Source: Terriglobales bacterium (lineage in GTDB: Bacteria > Acidobacteriota > Terriglobia > Terriglobales > Acidobacteriaceae). Taken from it: 48,240 nucleotides of DNA. This document shows positions 17,650-26,018 of the stretch, piece after piece. Where the stretch lies: contig DATNAF010000086.1 in the NCBI GenBank assembly GCA_035572845.1, positions 1 through 48,240 of the forward strand, given 5' to 3'. A model generated the notes under the pieces. That model was not told where the DNA came from, ran no database searches, and was given only the letters and a program-made list of their open reading frames with translations. Position 1 is the stretch's first letter, and every line of letters begins with the position of its first letter. Position numbers and translations under genes: made by a program.

Positions 17650-17808
17650 CTATTCACTCGGTACCTCCAGACGTGCGGCAACAGTGGCTTTCCACTCGGT
17701 AGAGTTGTGTGAGTTCACAAACTCCATGCAGAGATCGCACCTGCAATCCAGTTCATGCGATTCGATCTCATCCAGCAGCCGTTGTTCCTTCTCTGTGTAG
17801 TTGGCCAT
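17650..17808 (-). CDS. Small Cys-containing hypothetical protein
   Basis: ATG at 17808 preceded by GGAGGGGGAG. Confidence 0.45.
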   Translation of the reverse strand: MANYTEKEQRLLDEIESHELDCRCDLCMEFVNSHNSTEWKATVAARLEVPSE

Positions 17809-17830
17809 TCTTCTTACTCCCCCTCCAGCA

Positions 17831-18178
17831 CTACTGCGGTGCATTTACTTCATCAAGAATGGCGTCTGGATCGCTGTCCATATAGGGCTGCTTGACCTCT
17901 CCCGGCTCCCATCCCTCATCCGTCCGAATCATGTGATCGCCACAGAACTCGTAATAATCTCGCCAGAGTTGATGCCCCGGCGCGATCATGGTTCCCGCGA
18001 GTGGGACCTCGCCATAAAGTTCAACAAAGCGATCTAGTAGGGTCATCGGAGTTATCCTCTTTGAGACGACTCCCGCGATGTGGTTTATGCCTTCCCTGAA
18101 GCCAGCCCTATAAGACGCGTCAACTAAAGCCGCAGCTTTTTGTGAAAACTCACTTCTCTTCTTCTCGCTCATTTGCAT
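17831..18178 (-). CDS. Hypothetical protein (115 aa)
   Basis: ORF in operon context. Confidence 0.5.
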   Translation of the reverse strand: MQMSEKKRSEFSQKAAALVDASYRAGFREGINHIAGVVSKRITPMTLLDRFVELYGEVPLAGTMIAPGHQLWRDYYEFCGDHMIRTDEGWEPGEVKQPYMDSDPDAILDEVNAPQ

Positions 18179-18198
18179 CCTTTCTTGGTTGGGGAAAG

Positions 18199-18414
18199 CT
18201 AATTCGCTGGTAGGTAACGCTTGGGCCGGTACTCCATGTTGTCCAGATATTGGCCTGGCGTTTGATAGGGAGAAATCTTGGCGCGGATATGTTCCCTAAC
18301 TTCCTCGCGAGTATGGAACCAACGGTCAGACGTGCAGCTCCATATCTGATCGCTTCCCTTCACGCGCACCTGAATCATCCAAATCTGCTCTCTACGTTCC
18401 TTGTAAGTTGCCAT
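18199..18414 (-). CDS. Hypothetical protein (71 aa)
   Basis: ORF in operon context. Confidence 0.45.
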   Translation of the reverse strand: MATYKERREQIWMIQVRVKGSDQIWSCTSDRWFHTREEVREHIRAKISPYQTPGQYLDNMEYRPKRYLPAN

Positions 18415-18428
18415 CTCTGCTCTCCCTC

Positions 18429-18599
18429 TTAGTCAGCTACGCGTTCATCTACCGTGTTGGCTTCAAGTAGTGCGTCGGCCTGTTCTATCGCAGCCAGCGC
18501 AATCTCTTTTGGTGTCGCTGTTACAGCCGTATGGGGGCTTGCTAGCATCCCCTCCATCGCTGCGATCATGGCAATCTGCCTAAACTCTGCTCTGTCCAT
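18429..18599 (-). CDS. Small hypothetical protein
   Basis: ATG at 18599 preceded by GGAGGACGAG. Confidence 0.45.
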   Translation of the reverse strand: MDRAEFRQIAMIAAMEGMLASPHTAVTATPKEIALAAIEQADALLEANTVDERVAD

Positions 18600-18649
18600 C
18601 TCGTCCTCCAAACGCCTTCTGATACTCCCTCTTGATTGAGTCCAGATGC

Positions 18650-18871
18650 TCACACAGCGCTCCATCCGTTACGTGGGCCTCTCTGCTGCGTCTGCTGAGA
18701 TAACGGGAATTCAATCGACGGATGGCCCAAAGGTGTATAAAACCGGCGAGTATAGGAAGCCTTATTTGCATCATCCATCGACCCGAAATACTCATAATGC
18801 CTCGTGCCCCTACGAAATCGGAACTCGACACGATATGGCAGCTTTACGGTGTCCTTTTCTTTCGCACTCAT
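18650..18871 (-). CDS. Small hypothetical protein
   Basis: ATG at 18871 preceded by AGGAGGCAGG. ATGA overlap with the upstream gene. Confidence 0.45.
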   Translation of the reverse strand: MSAKEKDTVKLPYRVEFRFRRGTRHYEYFGSMDDANKASYTRRFYTPLGHPSIEFPLSQQTQQRGPRNGWSAV

Positions 18872-19029
18872 CGTCCTGCCTCCTGTACTTTCTTCCACTC
18901 GTCTGCAATCGCTTGTAGTTCTGCTAACTTCTCACGCTCAATCCCAGTAAGAGGTTTGGGTTTCACAAACTGCCCCGGGGGTCCGCAGCAAAGGTCAAAC
19001 TGTCGCTGGTAGCGGTCAAAGTTCGTCAT
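18868..19029 (-). CDS. Small hypothetical protein
   Basis: ATG at 19029 forms ATGA with the stop of the 177-aa gene. Confidence 0.45.
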   Translation of the reverse strand: MTNFDRYQRQFDLCCGPPGQFVKPKPLTGIEREKLAELQAIADEWKKVQEAGR

Positions 19030-19559
19030 GCGGCCATCCTTAGATGTGCCCGTTGCTGCCGCTTGCGTTCCGTGTTCATCGCGCTCCTCAGCTCCGCAGC
19101 ATGTCTCAAGCACTTCGGCAGGGTGTTGTTCTTATTCAAAATCCGGCCACATCCAGGTTCCGTACAAATCCTCTTGCCAACCAGAGACTTTAGCCTCGCC
19201 TCCTTCGCCCTGCATTTACCACAAGTGGGGTACGGGTTCGTAACCTTCAATACCGTCCCACAGGGGCAATGTTCACGCTTGCGGGCACACCGCTCATGCA
19301 TACCTTTGACCGTACCCTCGCGCGTTGGCCGTCCACAGACTGTGCAGGGGGGGCCAGAGCACGCCCGCGATACGCCATCCTTCGACCGCATCCGGCGCTT
19401 CTCTATTTGCGGATGCGTGACGATCTCGCGGGGCTTCTGTGCCTCCTCCGCGTTCCGGCGCTCAAAGTCCAATCGCCAAGGGGTCTTGGGCGCGCCCATC
19501 GCCGGTATATCGCCCCGTAGGTAGCGCTGTAAGTCTCGCTCGGTGTAGTCACGTTCCAT
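19026..19559 (-). CDS. Cys-rich multi-zinc-finger-like basic protein
   Basis: Repeated CxxC/CxC pairs: CTVCG, CPCG, CGKC, CTEPGCG. Confidence 0.55.
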   Translation of the reverse strand: MERDYTERDLQRYLRGDIPAMGAPKTPWRLDFERRNAEEAQKPREIVTHPQIEKRRMRSKDGVSRACSGPPCTVCGRPTREGTVKGMHERCARKREHCPCGTVLKVTNPYPTCGKCRAKEARLKSLVGKRICTEPGCGRILNKNNTLPKCLRHAAELRSAMNTERKRQQRAHLRMAA

Positions 19560-19859
19560 CTACGTCTCCCTCACGGTGATTCCGTGTATGAACTTCATCA
19601 ACTTTCTGCGAATCACGTACTGCTGGGTCTTCATGCCCTTTGAGTCTTCAACCACAACCTGCCCGTTTTCCTTGTAGCGAAAGTCGGCGGTGTAGGTTAC
19701 GGCCCGCTCGCCTTCCTGCTTAGGAACCAACTCAAACTTCACCTGTTCCTCAAGGTCAGAGATAAGCCCCATGTTCTGCATAAGACAAAGTTCCGCAGCC
19801 CTCCGTGCTTCCCGCTTCGAGGCGTAGGCTCCTACTCGCTTTGAGTGATACTTACTCAC
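19560..19859 (-). CDS. DUF1064-family protein (phage nuclease/resolvase-like)
   Basis: MSKYHSKRV...SKREARRAAEL...YTADFRY...VVEDSKG...YVIRRKL matches the DUF1064 pattern. Confidence 0.75.
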   Translation of the reverse strand: MSKYHSKRVGAYASKREARRAAELCLMQNMGLISDLEEQVKFELVPKQEGERAVTYTADFRYKENGQVVVEDSKGMKTQQYVIRRKLMKFIHGITVRET

Positions 19860-20175
19860 CTACTGCCTCCGTCTCATCGCTGAAATTCCACGGCATCTTG
19901 GTTGTGTGCTCACTTGTCCGTCTCAGTAATGCCCATCCTGCGCACGGCTTAGATTCCTCATGGCAGCCAAACGGGATGCCTTCCATGACACACTTGAGCG
20001 CGTCCATCTGCGTCGTAGGTGATCCATTGGGGTAGGTTCCTTGTCGGAACGCGCACGTAGCACATCTTTCGCTTCCGTTCGCAAGTTTCCCTTTCGCTTC
20101 CTCGGCGTCAACAAACCGCGCCATATAGTAGCCTTGCTCGAATCCATCTCGCGTTGGTTCGTTGATAACTTTCAC
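19852..20175 (-). CDS. Hypothetical Cys-containing protein
   Basis: ORF with overlaps on both sides. Confidence 0.5.
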   Translation of the reverse strand: MKVINEPTRDGFEQGYYMARFVDAEEAKGKLANGSERCATCAFRQGTYPNGSPTTQMDALKCVMEGIPFGCHEESKPCAGWALLRRTSEHTTKMPWNFSDETEAVGE

Positions 20176-20879
20176 ACCACCTCCGTCTCTGTCCAGGAAA
20201 CTTTATTCGCTAGATCGGCGTCCGCCTTTGCCAACTCTGCGGCAACGAATGCTTCTGCCTCCTCGCGGGCCTTCTTGCGATTTGCCTCCGCTTGAGCTTC
20301 CATCTCCTTCAGCAGCTTGCCGTGCTCAAGTAATTCATCACCACTCCAGAAGCGTATGTTTCCTGCTACAGGCAACTCTTTCGAGCAGTGTGGGCAGGCA
20401 AGCATCTGCGGGGTGGTGTCGATCTCCTTGGGCTTCTGAAGATGGTATTTCTCCTCCAAAGACTTCACTGACTCGGACCACTCCGCTTTCGACACGTAGA
20501 GTTCGGGATGAGCCTTCGAGTGCGCAATCTGCGCATTGATCTTGTCCAGAGCCGCTCTTGGATTCGCTGAGGTCGCGCTAATCTCCTCACACGCGTTCTC
20601 AATCTGGTTCGGCGTGGGGAAGAAGTCATGGCTACGGAGTGCCTTCCAGAGTCCGGCCTCGAAACGCTTCATCCCCTGTGACTGGGCTAGTTCCTCCCAA
20701 GCCTTCAGGTACACATCCGGCGTCCCCTCCGGGAGCGTCTGATTGGGGTAGTAGTCCCTCGCTTGCTGCATCAACGCCCCCAGTGCGAAGACCGATTCGT
20801 CGGGCAACTGCGGCTTGGATCGCGTCGTCCGAAGTTCGTTTTCGTTCGGTTGCAGCATCAACTCGCTGATTCGTTCCAT
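20172..20879 (-). CDS. Replication-module hypothetical protein
   Basis: ATG at 20879 preceded by GGGAG. An in-frame TGA lies 3 nt upstream. Sits directly downstream of the initiator-like gene. Confidence 0.55.
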   Translation of the reverse strand: MERISELMLQPNENELRTTRSKPQLPDESVFALGALMQQARDYYPNQTLPEGTPDVYLKAWEELAQSQGMKRFEAGLWKALRSHDFFPTPNQIENACEEISATSANPRAALDKINAQIAHSKAHPELYVSKAEWSESVKSLEEKYHLQKPKEIDTTPQMLACPHCSKELPVAGNIRFWSGDELLEHGKLLKEMEAQAEANRKKAREEAEAFVAAELAKADADLANKVSWTETEVV

Positions 20880-21660
20880 GGTTCACTCCCTGTGGTTTCC
20901 CAAATTGATCCAACGGCCCGTTGAGGTAATCCAGCGTCCTCGCCAGCCATGCTCTAGGCCGGTCTGAGTGGTTCACAAGCGACTTGTGCCGGTTCTGTAG
21001 GCAGGTCGTGAAGGTTTCCATCTTGAGGTCAGGAGAAGCCGCCAGAAGGCTAGAAAGCTGCTTTGCTTCGCTGGCGTCCCACGGCATTTGTACCGATGGG
21101 TTATGCCTATCCCAGTACTTCGCCGTAGCTCCCTTGAAAATCACATGCCGGGGATCAGCGCCCCGCGCTTGTCGCGGGGAAGTATTTCTCTTCTCTTCTT
21201 TGCTCTGCTCTGCTCTGCTCTGCTCTGCTATATGGCGTTCGCCAGCGGGTGTCTGGCGTTCGCCAGCGGGTGTCTGGCGTTCGCTAGAATCATTCTGGCG
21301 TTCGCTAGGCAGTTGCTTGGCGTTCGCCAGCTTTGCGATGGCACCTGCCTGCCCATTCTTGGCGTTCGCCACACGCTTACAGTCGGTCGTCGTGCGCATC
21401 GTATCCATCTTCGCGTTCACTAAACCGCTCTCCGTAACTTCCCAGCATGGTTCGATTTGCGGCCAATACATCTCAAACTCTTCCAGGCTGCAACCGCAAA
21501 TATCGGCGAGTTCTTCGTGATCCAAGGGCAACGATCCTTCAGCCCAGAACTCATCCAGTAACTCGCGGTACAGGCCCTTTGCTTGCCAGCTCATTCTCTG
21601 GACGCGCCGGTTAGCTCTGTAGTCGCGCCAGTGCCATTTGTAGTAGGGGAGTGGTTCCAA
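20632..21660 (-). CDS. DUF1376 (YdaU-like) replication initiation-associated protein carrying internal iterons; C-terminal end uncertain
   Basis: LPYYKWHWRDYRANRRVQRMSWQAKGLYRELLDEFW resembles the DUF1376 N-terminus. TTG at 21660 with GGGAGAAGG upstream. The last 248 nt overlap the next gene out of frame. Confidence 0.65.
   Translation of the reverse strand: MEPLPYYKWHWRDYRANRRVQRMSWQAKGLYRELLDEFWAEGSLPLDHEELADICGCSLEEFEMYWPQIEPCWEVTESGLVNAKMDTMRTTTDCKRVANAKNGQAGAIAKLANAKQLPSERQNDSSERQTPAGERQTPAGERHIAEQSRAEQSKEEKRNTSPRQARGADPRHVIFKGATAKYWDRHNPSVQMPWDASEAKQLSSLLAASPDLKMETFTTCLQNRHKSLVNHSDRPRAWLARTLDYLNGPLDQFGKPQGVNHGTNQRVDAATERKRTSDDAIQAAVARRIGLRTGGVDAASEGLLPQSDAPGGDAGCVPEGLGGTSPVTGDEAFRGRTLEGTP
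21202..21226. repeat. Pentanucleotide microsatellite (GCTCT)x5 inside the replication gene
   Basis: Read directly: gctctgctctgctctgctctgctct. Confidence 0.9.
21233..21371. repeat. Iteron array (putative origin of replication): six TGGCGTTCGCYA repeats
   Basis: Copies start at 21233, 21254, 21275, 21296, 21318 and 21360, giving spacings of 21, 21, 21, 22 and 42 bp. The first two 21-mers are identical. Confidence 0.75.
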
Positions 21661-21661
21661 G

Positions 21662-21904
21662 TTAGGCTGCCTTCTCCCTTTCCAACTCAATCCGATACTC
21701 AAAATAAGATGTACCCTTGCGGCGTCTCTTCTTCAGGTCGTGCTTGCCCCACGATTCTTTTCTCAGATCCCGCATCCGAGCCGTGCAAGCCTCAGCAGCT
21801 ACGTGGCAGCCCGCAAGCTGTAACTGAAGACGAACCTCGTGCGGGGCGTACCAGTGCTCTCGGCTGAGTAAATCCAGGATGACTTGCTGCGCTGTGCGGG
21901 GCAT
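21662..21904 (-). CDS. Small winged-helix-like DNA-binding protein candidate
   Basis: ATG at 21904 shares one nt with the upstream TGA. Basic C-terminus. Functional assignment is weak. Confidence 0.4.
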   Translation of the reverse strand: MPRTAQQVILDLLSREHWYAPHEVRLQLQLAGCHVAAEACTARMRDLRKESWGKHDLKKRRRKGTSYFEYRIELEREKAA

Positions 21905-22098
21905 CAGGCTACCTCGCAAATTAGCGGAGAGCTATATATATTGTCGTAGTCTCCCTCCTCTGTCTTTTCGCAAGCCCAGTACCAATGAGACTTACCAGCA
22001 GCACTCCATGTTTCCGCAGCAGATTGCGAGCTAACTACACCATGAAAAGTGACTAAGCCCTTCTCCGACAATCCCTTGAGCAACACATAAATCGTCAT
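21904..22098 (-). CDS. Small hypothetical protein (64 aa)
   Basis: ORF in operon context. Confidence 0.4.
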   Translation of the reverse strand: MTIYVLLKGLSEKGLVTFHGVVSSQSAAETWSAAGKSHWYWACEKTEEGDYDNIYSSPLICEVA

Positions 22099-22131
22099 GC
22101 AACCTCCCTTATCTTCACTACAGGTGTGTAA

Positions 22132-22515
22132 CTATTCCTCGGCAAAGAGTTTTTCCTGCATCTCGGATGGAGTCATGGCAATCTCGCGGACAATCTCTCC
22201 AGTGTCTTCGCGCATGATCCGTTTTGTACCTTGGACCGGCGTGTGAAATAGAAAGAAACAGGTAATTGTCCTCATCTCCCAGCCCATATTGATTTCACGA
22301 GAGAGCTTGCCAATTTGCGACGTGCAGCTCTCAATGCGCTCTTTGAACTGTGAGGCCGCAGCTTTCTGCTCTTCTTGCGCTTGAGTCTGGGTCTGTACCG
22401 CGAGGGCCAACTTCTTAGCCTTCTCTTTGGTTTCCTCTTCGGTGAAGTCGTAGCGGAGGAATTCTCCAACTGTGACGGGCTTTGGTTCGGGGGCTTTCAC
22501 TGTTTCCTTAGTCAT
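22132..22515 (-). CDS. Hypothetical protein (127 aa)
   Basis: ORF with a charged coiled-coil-like middle region. Confidence 0.5.
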   Translation of the reverse strand: MTKETVKAPEPKPVTVGEFLRYDFTEEETKEKAKKLALAVQTQTQAQEEQKAAASQFKERIESCTSQIGKLSREINMGWEMRTITCFFLFHTPVQGTKRIMREDTGEIVREIAMTPSEMQEKLFAEE

Positions 22516-22523
22516 GTTTCTCC

Positions 22524-22886
22524 TTATGCTGCTTTTGATTTAGTTACAGGTGTGTACTTCCCTTCAATCCAGTGGTAGCGTCGTGAACCTTTCAAGCCTT
22601 GGCAGGAAAAACATAAAGCTGCGTTAATTCGCCTGCCAGTCTTGAAATCGATCATCCTGTCATCTTTATGCCCGGCGCAGCGATTATCTGCATGGTCGAA
22701 CGTTGGGATAATCATCCATTCACCGCAAATAGCGCAAAGGAAGTTCTGCAATTCAGCCATCATCCGTGTGCGCGACTTGTAGATTCGCAAGCCCTCCGCT
22801 GTCCTCAAATCGAGAACTTCTCTCCCATCTGGGAAGGTTCGGATAGGCTCTCGCTTGCGACGGGGAGGACGTTGGCAACTAAGCAT
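22524..22886 (-). CDS. HNH-like endonuclease candidate
   Basis: CAICGEW...FDHADNR...GHKDDR...NAALCFSCQGLKG resembles a Cys/His HNH core. Confidence 0.5.
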   Translation of the reverse strand: MLSCQRPPRRKREPIRTFPDGREVLDLRTAEGLRIYKSRTRMMAELQNFLCAICGEWMIIPTFDHADNRCAGHKDDRMIDFKTGRRINAALCFSCQGLKGSRRYHWIEGKYTPVTKSKAA

Positions 22887-23554
22887 CAGCGGCGCTCCAA
22901 CTGAAATCCGTTACCCAGTTTTGCCATTGCCAACCTCACGCATCCGTCCCAAAGAAGTTGATCGTCCACCGTCGAAAAGTCATGGAATTCAAAAGAGGCG
23001 TCCTTAGCTACTTGGATAATCCCCCGGCCGCAGACCTGCTTCGATCCGCACATCTCCCACCACGGCTCATCTAACTCCGTCGCGCATAGGTAGCTTTGCG
23101 TCTGCATCCTCCAGGCTAAGAGCTTCTGCGCCTTGGCCTTCCCATACTGCTTTGCGCTTGTCTTGGCATCGCAGATGTACGGAACCCCACGGAGAAGACC
23201 GCGAAGGTCAATGGTGCAGCCGACAGCCTGTCCTGTGCCGTCATGCTCGTAGACAATCTGCTTTTCGAGAGCACCTAATGGTTCAAAATCGAACTTGCTC
23301 CGAAACAGACAGTACCCGCGGAAGTAGGGAAGAACTTCGTCCGGCATATCCGGCACTTCGTTGTCTTCCTCGAAGAACTGGATAGCCTTGTGAAGCTGCG
23401 TTCCTCTCCAAGAGGCATGAGCGAGAATCCCGGAAGGGATAGCGTCATAGTTGGCCAGGCCATTCATGTAGATGATGTCCGAGGTAGCCAACACGAACTG
23501 CCCCGGAACCTTGTAGACGTGAGCTTCTTCATCGAATGTGTGGCTTAGAATCAT
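22886..23554 (-). CDS. PD-(D/E)XK recombination exonuclease (YqaJ/lambda-exo-like)
   Basis: IDLRG...ICDAKTS gives a D...D-x-K motif. Lies immediately downstream of the ERF annealase. Confidence 0.65.
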   Translation of the reverse strand: MILSHTFDEEAHVYKVPGQFVLATSDIIYMNGLANYDAIPSGILAHASWRGTQLHKAIQFFEEDNEVPDMPDEVLPYFRGYCLFRSKFDFEPLGALEKQIVYEHDGTGQAVGCTIDLRGLLRGVPYICDAKTSAKQYGKAKAQKLLAWRMQTQSYLCATELDEPWWEMCGSKQVCGRGIIQVAKDASFEFHDFSTVDDQLLWDGCVRLAMAKLGNGFQLERR

Positions 23555-24273
23555 TTAGCCGCCGCCCATTCGCAGTGCTTCTCATATTCAGATTTGATAA
23601 TCTCGGTGCTGCGCTCATATCCATTGCTGCCGAGATAATTGTTGACTTCCTGCTTTGTCTTGCCGGAACCCATCGCTATCGCAAAGAAACGATTTGCTTG
23701 AGCCTCTGAGATACGTGGTCCATCAGGCCGGACGCGGGGAGTTGGGTACTGCTTCTCAGCACTCTGATCCATGTGAACATCGAAATCGTTGGGGTCTTCC
23801 GCCTCTTGATTGAGCGAGTCGCGCAATTGTCGATTGACTGAAGCTCTCTGCGTATCCTGTACTGCGCCTTTCCCTGAAGCTCCATTTCCGTCGTCGTCTT
23901 CTGGAGCGAATCCAAGGATTGCCATGTAGGAGTACCGGCGCGCATAAGTGATCGCCGAACCAGAAGATTGAGCGGAGAAGTCGCCTCGGTTGGTCGCAGG
24001 AAGTGTAAGAGAATCTTCCAGCCATTCTCCGGAACTGTGGAGTAGTCGCGTCGTCACTGTGACGGACTGCGATGTTATATCGCCAGCCGTACCTTGAATC
24101 ACGGCAATTCCGTTTTCAAGCAATGCCGGTTGCGCCGCTTCGATGGCCGAAGCCAGATCGACATACTTTGACTTGAAATGGGGATTGACGGCTGTCTTTA
24201 TCGCCGGGGCGAACGCCTTTTGTGCATTCACTAAAGCTGCTGCAAGCGTCGAGATATTTTCAGAAGAATTCAT
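23551..24273 (-). CDS. erf: ERF-family single-strand annealing protein
   Basis: HFKSKYVDLASAIEAAQPALLENGI...TRLLHSSGEW...GSAITYARRYSYMAILGFAPEDDDG is the typical ERF core. Confidence 0.85.
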   Translation of the reverse strand: MNSSENISTLAAALVNAQKAFAPAIKTAVNPHFKSKYVDLASAIEAAQPALLENGIAVIQGTAGDITSQSVTVTTRLLHSSGEWLEDSLTLPATNRGDFSAQSSGSAITYARRYSYMAILGFAPEDDDGNGASGKGAVQDTQRASVNRQLRDSLNQEAEDPNDFDVHMDQSAEKQYPTPRVRPDGPRISEAQANRFFAIAMGSGKTKQEVNNYLGSNGYERSTEIIKSEYEKHCEWAAAK

Positions 24274-24407
24274 AGCATCACCAGTAGAAACAGGACAAAA
24301 CCGATCAATACCGCAGGGATGTTGAGAGCCCTACAGTCCTCTTTGTAGTGCAGGTCGCAGACTGGCTCCATCAAGTGCTCCACTATGCCCATGCATATGC
24401 GGTTCAT
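24270..24407 (-). CDS. Small membrane protein (45 aa), not in the ORF track
   Basis: ATGA overlaps at both ends. C-terminal hydrophobic IPAVLIGFVLFLLVML. Confidence 0.4.
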   Translation of the reverse strand: MNRICMGIVEHLMEPVCDLHYKEDCRALNIPAVLIGFVLFLLVML

Positions 24408-24873
24408 AGGGCCTCCGCTAGCTTCTTCATGTCAGCCAAAGCCTCTGCGTTGGAGCAATAAAAGTCGGGAACCTTTTCCAGATGCGGATCGCTTGCGAGG
24501 TAAATCATTGCGGCTGCGGCTGGAGTTCCCACTGCCCACTCCATAGCGCGCCCAGCGTCACCTGCGAGCGTCACTACCCACCCGGCGCGGCAATGTGTTG
24601 TGTCGCAGATGTGCCAACTGCCCATATCAAGAGCGTTCGGCTTGCTTACCGCCTCGAAAACTGCTTGGTGTATGTTGGCAATCACGGGGACACCCTTAAG
24701 TCCGTCACGGAGGTCAGCGCCACTGAGGTCAGCGCGCCACTGAGGTCAGCGCCACGGAGGACAGCGCCACGGAGGGACTTCTTCGCTTCGAGAGCCGCCT
24801 TGACGACTTCGAGCACAGTCTTAGCGCCTTCCAACGCGAAGATGACGCTACCGAAATATGTTTTGATTTCCAT
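24404..24873 (-). pseudogene. Pentapeptide-repeat protein split into 63-aa and 93-aa ORFs by a 2-nt insertion in a 15-nt tandem repeat
   Basis: Repeat units at 24713-24727, 24728-24744 (17 nt, extra GC), 24745-24759 and 24760-24774. Removing 2 nt gives LRGAV LRGAD LSGAD LSGAD LRDGL in frame with the downstream ORF (VIANIHQAVF...). Confidence 0.6.
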
Positions 24874-24989
24874 TACTCATCCTCCAGGTCTTCATCCGTC
24901 GGTTCGTCATCGACATCGCCACCTAAGCCGGGGATAGGAGGCTCGGGCGGGTTGAATTGGCTATCGTAATCAGGGGGTAGTCCGAACAT
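24873..24989 (-). CDS. Small, very acidic protein (38 aa), not in the ORF track
   Basis: One-nt TAATG overlaps at both ends. Contains ...GGDVDDEPTDEDLEDE. Confidence 0.35.
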   Translation of the reverse strand: MFGLPPDYDSQFNPPEPPIPGLGGDVDDEPTDEDLEDE

Positions 24990-25252
24990 TAGGCAGCCTC
25001 CTCTGCGACAAGATTGGCCGGCGAAAACGCAGGCTGGTAGAGCATCCCTATTCGCAGTGAGTGAAACACTTCTTCCGAGACGTTCATGCGCAATTCATCA
25101 TGCCGCTCGTACCCGGCCTGCGAGACAACGCCGTTGGTAAGATCAATCGCTTCATCTTCAGGGATGGGCTGAAGGATGATTTCGTGCGAGTAGAGGGCGT
25201 TCATATCGGAGGCTTCCATTGAGGTAACGCGGTAGACAGGGTTTGGCCTCAT
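24989..25252 (-). CDS. Hypothetical protein (87 aa)
   Basis: ORF in the early operon. Confidence 0.45.
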   Translation of the reverse strand: MRPNPVYRVTSMEASDMNALYSHEIILQPIPEDEAIDLTNGVVSQAGYERHDELRMNVSEEVFHSLRIGMLYQPAFSPANLVAEEAA

Positions 25253-25602
25253 GCCGACACCTCCGCTTCCTCTTCGAGAGAAAGGATGGGGTCGCAGCGA
25301 TAAACCGCCGGTTTCGCTGGTTCAATCAATTCGCAGGTGAGTGACTGCGGAATCGATGCCTCTACATCGATCACATCCGTACGGTATTCAACCCGCACCC
25401 TGGCCCACTTGGGATCGTCCTTATCGCTGACGGTCTTAGCGAGGGGCCGCGGGAGAAGTTTTACGGTAGAGACGAAATTATTCTTCGCATCGCAGTAGAA
25501 ATAGATGGAAGGCTTCTCGATCTCTGCCTCCGGGTTGGCATCAAGAGAATCTGCCAGCTTGCGAAATTCGGCGGCTACTTTTCCTGCGGTGGTTGTGCTC
25601 AT
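25249..25602 (-). CDS. Hypothetical protein (117 aa)
   Basis: ATGA overlap with the upstream gene. Confidence 0.5.
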   Translation of the reverse strand: MSTTTAGKVAAEFRKLADSLDANPEAEIEKPSIYFYCDAKNNFVSTVKLLPRPLAKTVSDKDDPKWARVRVEYRTDVIDVEASIPQSLTCELIEPAKPAVYRCDPILSLEEEAEVSA

Positions 25603-26018
25603 CGCGTCACCTTCTCTTTCTCTGCGGCTATGGCCGCTTGTTCTTGGTTCAGGAGAAATGCGCGGTTTAAGGCTTCATGGGCCTTCACTTCATCGCGCGG
25701 AACGAAGTCCATGCGATAGCCACCGGGATAATGCTTCTGGTATTCGTTCGCGTGCCGGTCCGTCCGTGTTCCTTCAAGGACACCTAAGTCACACGGCATA
25801 TAGCCTTCGTCAGAGCAGCAATGACCGCCTAAGCATGTGCCATCTTCGGCGAGAGCGACGGCGCTATACCATCCACTCGACCCGCCGTTGTTGAAACCAT
25901 AGATAACGGGCAATTCCTCAAGGGGCTTATTGTGGGGGTTGAAAACTGCGTATCCCCTACCTTCAACGGCTGCGAGATGTTGAGCGAGATAGAGTCTTTC
26001 GGCTGCTGGAGTCGTCAT
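25599..26018 (-). CDS. Hypothetical protein; start uncertain
   Basis: ATG at 26018 (MTTPAAERLY...). The ORF track extends to a GTG at 26081. Confidence 0.45.
   Translation of the reverse strand: MTTPAAERLYLAQHLAAVEGRGYAVFNPHNKPLEELPVIYGFNNGGSSGWYSAVALAEDGTCLGGHCCSDEGYMPCDLGVLEGTRTDRHANEYQKHYPGGYRMDFVPRDEVKAHEALNRAFLLNQEQAAIAAEKEKVTR

Noticed and set aside
19347-19353. G7 tract in the Cys-rich gene as a phase-variation site
   Set aside because: It is short, encodes GPP in frame, and nothing indicates heterogeneity.
21233-21371. Possible mini-CRISPR array
   Set aside because: The repeats are 12 nt with 9-10 nt spacers (21-bp period) inside a replication gene, and no cas genes are present. 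The iteron interpretation fits better.
20984-21520. 178-aa and 111-aa plus-strand ORFs with striking peptide repeats
   Set aside because: The peptide repeats only reflect the DNA iterons read in antisense frames. The minus-strand DUF1376 gene explains the region.
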